Of a DNA stretch of 55,092 nt, positions 54,145 through 55,092 are shown in pieces. The stretch spans positions 1 through 55,092 of the IMG/VR virus record IMGVR_UViG_3300018432_000304. One strand, given 5' to 3'. Position 1 is the stretch's first letter. Each line of letters starts with the position of its first letter. The translations under genes and the position numbers were made by a program. Source of the stretch: a virus. Taxonomy: Duplodnaviria; Caudoviricetes. Under the pieces are notes generated by a model that saw nothing but the letters and a program-made list of their open reading frames with translations, was not told the DNA's origin and did not search any database.

Positions 54145-54851
54145 ACCACATGGATAACCTGATCAACCATGACGAGCCGCGAGGAGCGCAACGCGTTGAA
54201 GAACTTGAGCCGGCTCCTCGCCAGCGACCTTGCGACGATCGACCAGGAGGAGCTCCTGGCAGGCGTCCGCGACGCCGAGGTGGCCTTCGACAGGTCGCCG
54301 GAGTGGAGCGGTCAGCTCCTGGCGGAACTGAAGCGGAGAGGCTGGTCGTGGCCACGTCTCGCTGCGATGACCGGGATGAAGAAGACGACCGTCATTCGTC
54401 GAGCGCAGCCGTACCGATAGACCGCCCGCACACGTACATCCGACCGCTTGCGCCGGACAGAGGCGTCGTCTACCGCCACCACGACGCGGCCGGTGTCCTG
54501 CTCTACGTCGGCTCAACGACGGTCTTGGCGATGCGCCGCCGTCAGCTCTGTCACGGGAGTTCCGCCCGCTGGTGGCGGTTCGTGGTGCGAGTCGAGCACG
54601 AGGAGCACGAGAATCGGCGCGCTGCTCTGGACGCCGAGCGAGCGGAGATCCACGCCGCGACGCCGATCTTCAACCGCAACCGGCCAGGGGGAATCGAGGA
54701 GCACGAGGCGCGGGAATTCGCGTACCTCGCGGCACACTCATGCGTCCCGGACTGGTGGGGGCCGAAGCTGCGTTCGCTCCGGAAGCTCGATCCCGTGACT
54801 CGACGAGCGCACGTGGACGTGCTGCTGTCTGGGATCGGCGTACCTGTTTGA
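54138..54851 (+). CDS. GIY-YIG nuclease-domain protein (start uncertain; overlaps HTH gene)
   Basis: VVYRHHDAAGVLLYVGST..R..H..WW..ALDAERAEIH..PIFN. Confidence 0.55.
   Translation: MDNHMDNLINHDEPRGAQRVEELEPAPRQRPCDDRPGGAPGRRPRRRGGLRQVAGVERSAPGGTEAERLVVATSRCDDRDEEDDRHSSSAAVPIDRPHTYIRPLAPDRGVVYRHHDAAGVLLYVGSTTVLAMRRRQLCHGSSARWWRFVVRVEHEEHENRRAALDAERAEIHAATPIFNRNRPGGIEEHEAREFAYLAAHSCVPDWWGPKLRSLRKLDPVTRRAHVDVLLSGIGVPV
54169..54420 (+). CDS. Small HTH regulator
   Basis: LKRRGWSWPRLAAMTGMKKTTVIRRA; divergent from mobilisation operon. Confidence 0.7.
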   Translation: MTSREERNALKNLSRLLASDLATIDQEELLAGVRDAEVAFDRSPEWSGQLLAELKRRGWSWPRLAAMTGMKKTTVIRRAQPYR

Positions 54852-54888
54852 ACCGCTGGCAAGCGCCCGAGCCGAAGAGTGATCCACA

Positions 54889-54907
54889 TACTCCACGGGT
54901 ACTCCAC
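54889..54907. repeat. TACTCCAC direct repeat, candidate integrase arm site
   Basis: Two copies about 150 bp inside the att core. Confidence 0.4.
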
Positions 54908-55058
54908 AGATTCGGGATCGCAGCGCCACTCGCGGGCGCTCACTCGGGCTCGTTCCGGCCGAGCTCTGAGTAGGCGGCCCTGCAGGTCAGCCCGCTAATC
55001 AGCGCGTCCCGACGCGCACCCACGCTCACTACGGCTCATCGCCCGCCGAGCACTCGCA

Positions 55059-55090
55059 GGGTTACTGGTTCGAGTCCAGTCGGAGGAGCA
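55059..55090 (+). other. att core: 3' fragment of tRNA-Asn
   Basis: GGGTTACTGGTTCGAGTCCAGTCGGAGGAGC = T-arm plus acceptor strand; upstream sequence lacks D and anticodon arms. Confidence 0.75.
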
Positions 55091-55092
55091 TA

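Larger units (their letters stand above)
1..55090. mobile_element. Siphovirus-type prophage (left arm outside window) with embedded relaxase/coupling-protein module, bounded on the right by a tRNA-Asn att core
   Basis: Canonical colinear terminase-portal-head-tail-lysis order; tRNA 3' fragment at 55059-55090; window starts mid-gene. Confidence 0.9.

Noticed and set aside
55020-55092. Intact tRNA gene
   Set aside because: Only the T-arm and acceptor 3' strand are present; treated as the att duplicate

Overview
High-GC actinobacterial DNA (Pseudonocardiaceae-like; host inferred, not shown) containing the right-hand part of an apparently intact siphovirus prophage. In order: end of the early/middle genes (1-4.8 kb); packaging HNH, candidate cos, TerS/TerL, portal, MuF-like protein, scaffold, capsid, neck, tail tube, frameshifted tail chaperones and tape measure (4.8-20.4 kb). 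The tail-tip region (20.4-34.8 kb) is unusually rich in carbohydrate-active domains: PL7 lyase, a PL6-PL7-GH16 triple enzyme, a separate GH16 and a LamG-like protein. Next come a class F sortase with a putative substrate, an M15 endolysin and holin split by an HNH gene, and a small-gene cassette array. A ~10.7-kb mobilisation module follows (MOBF relaxase-helicase, VirD4-like coupling protein, DUF4913/DUF2637-like genes, symmetric divergent promoter with HTH regulator), ending at a tRNA-Asn 3' fragment that looks like the right att site. I saw no integrase, internal att copy or VirB4, so the simplest reading is a single integrated phage-IME hybrid: a prophage that may also be mobilised by conjugation. 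All domain calls come from recognising motifs by eye, not from database searches.
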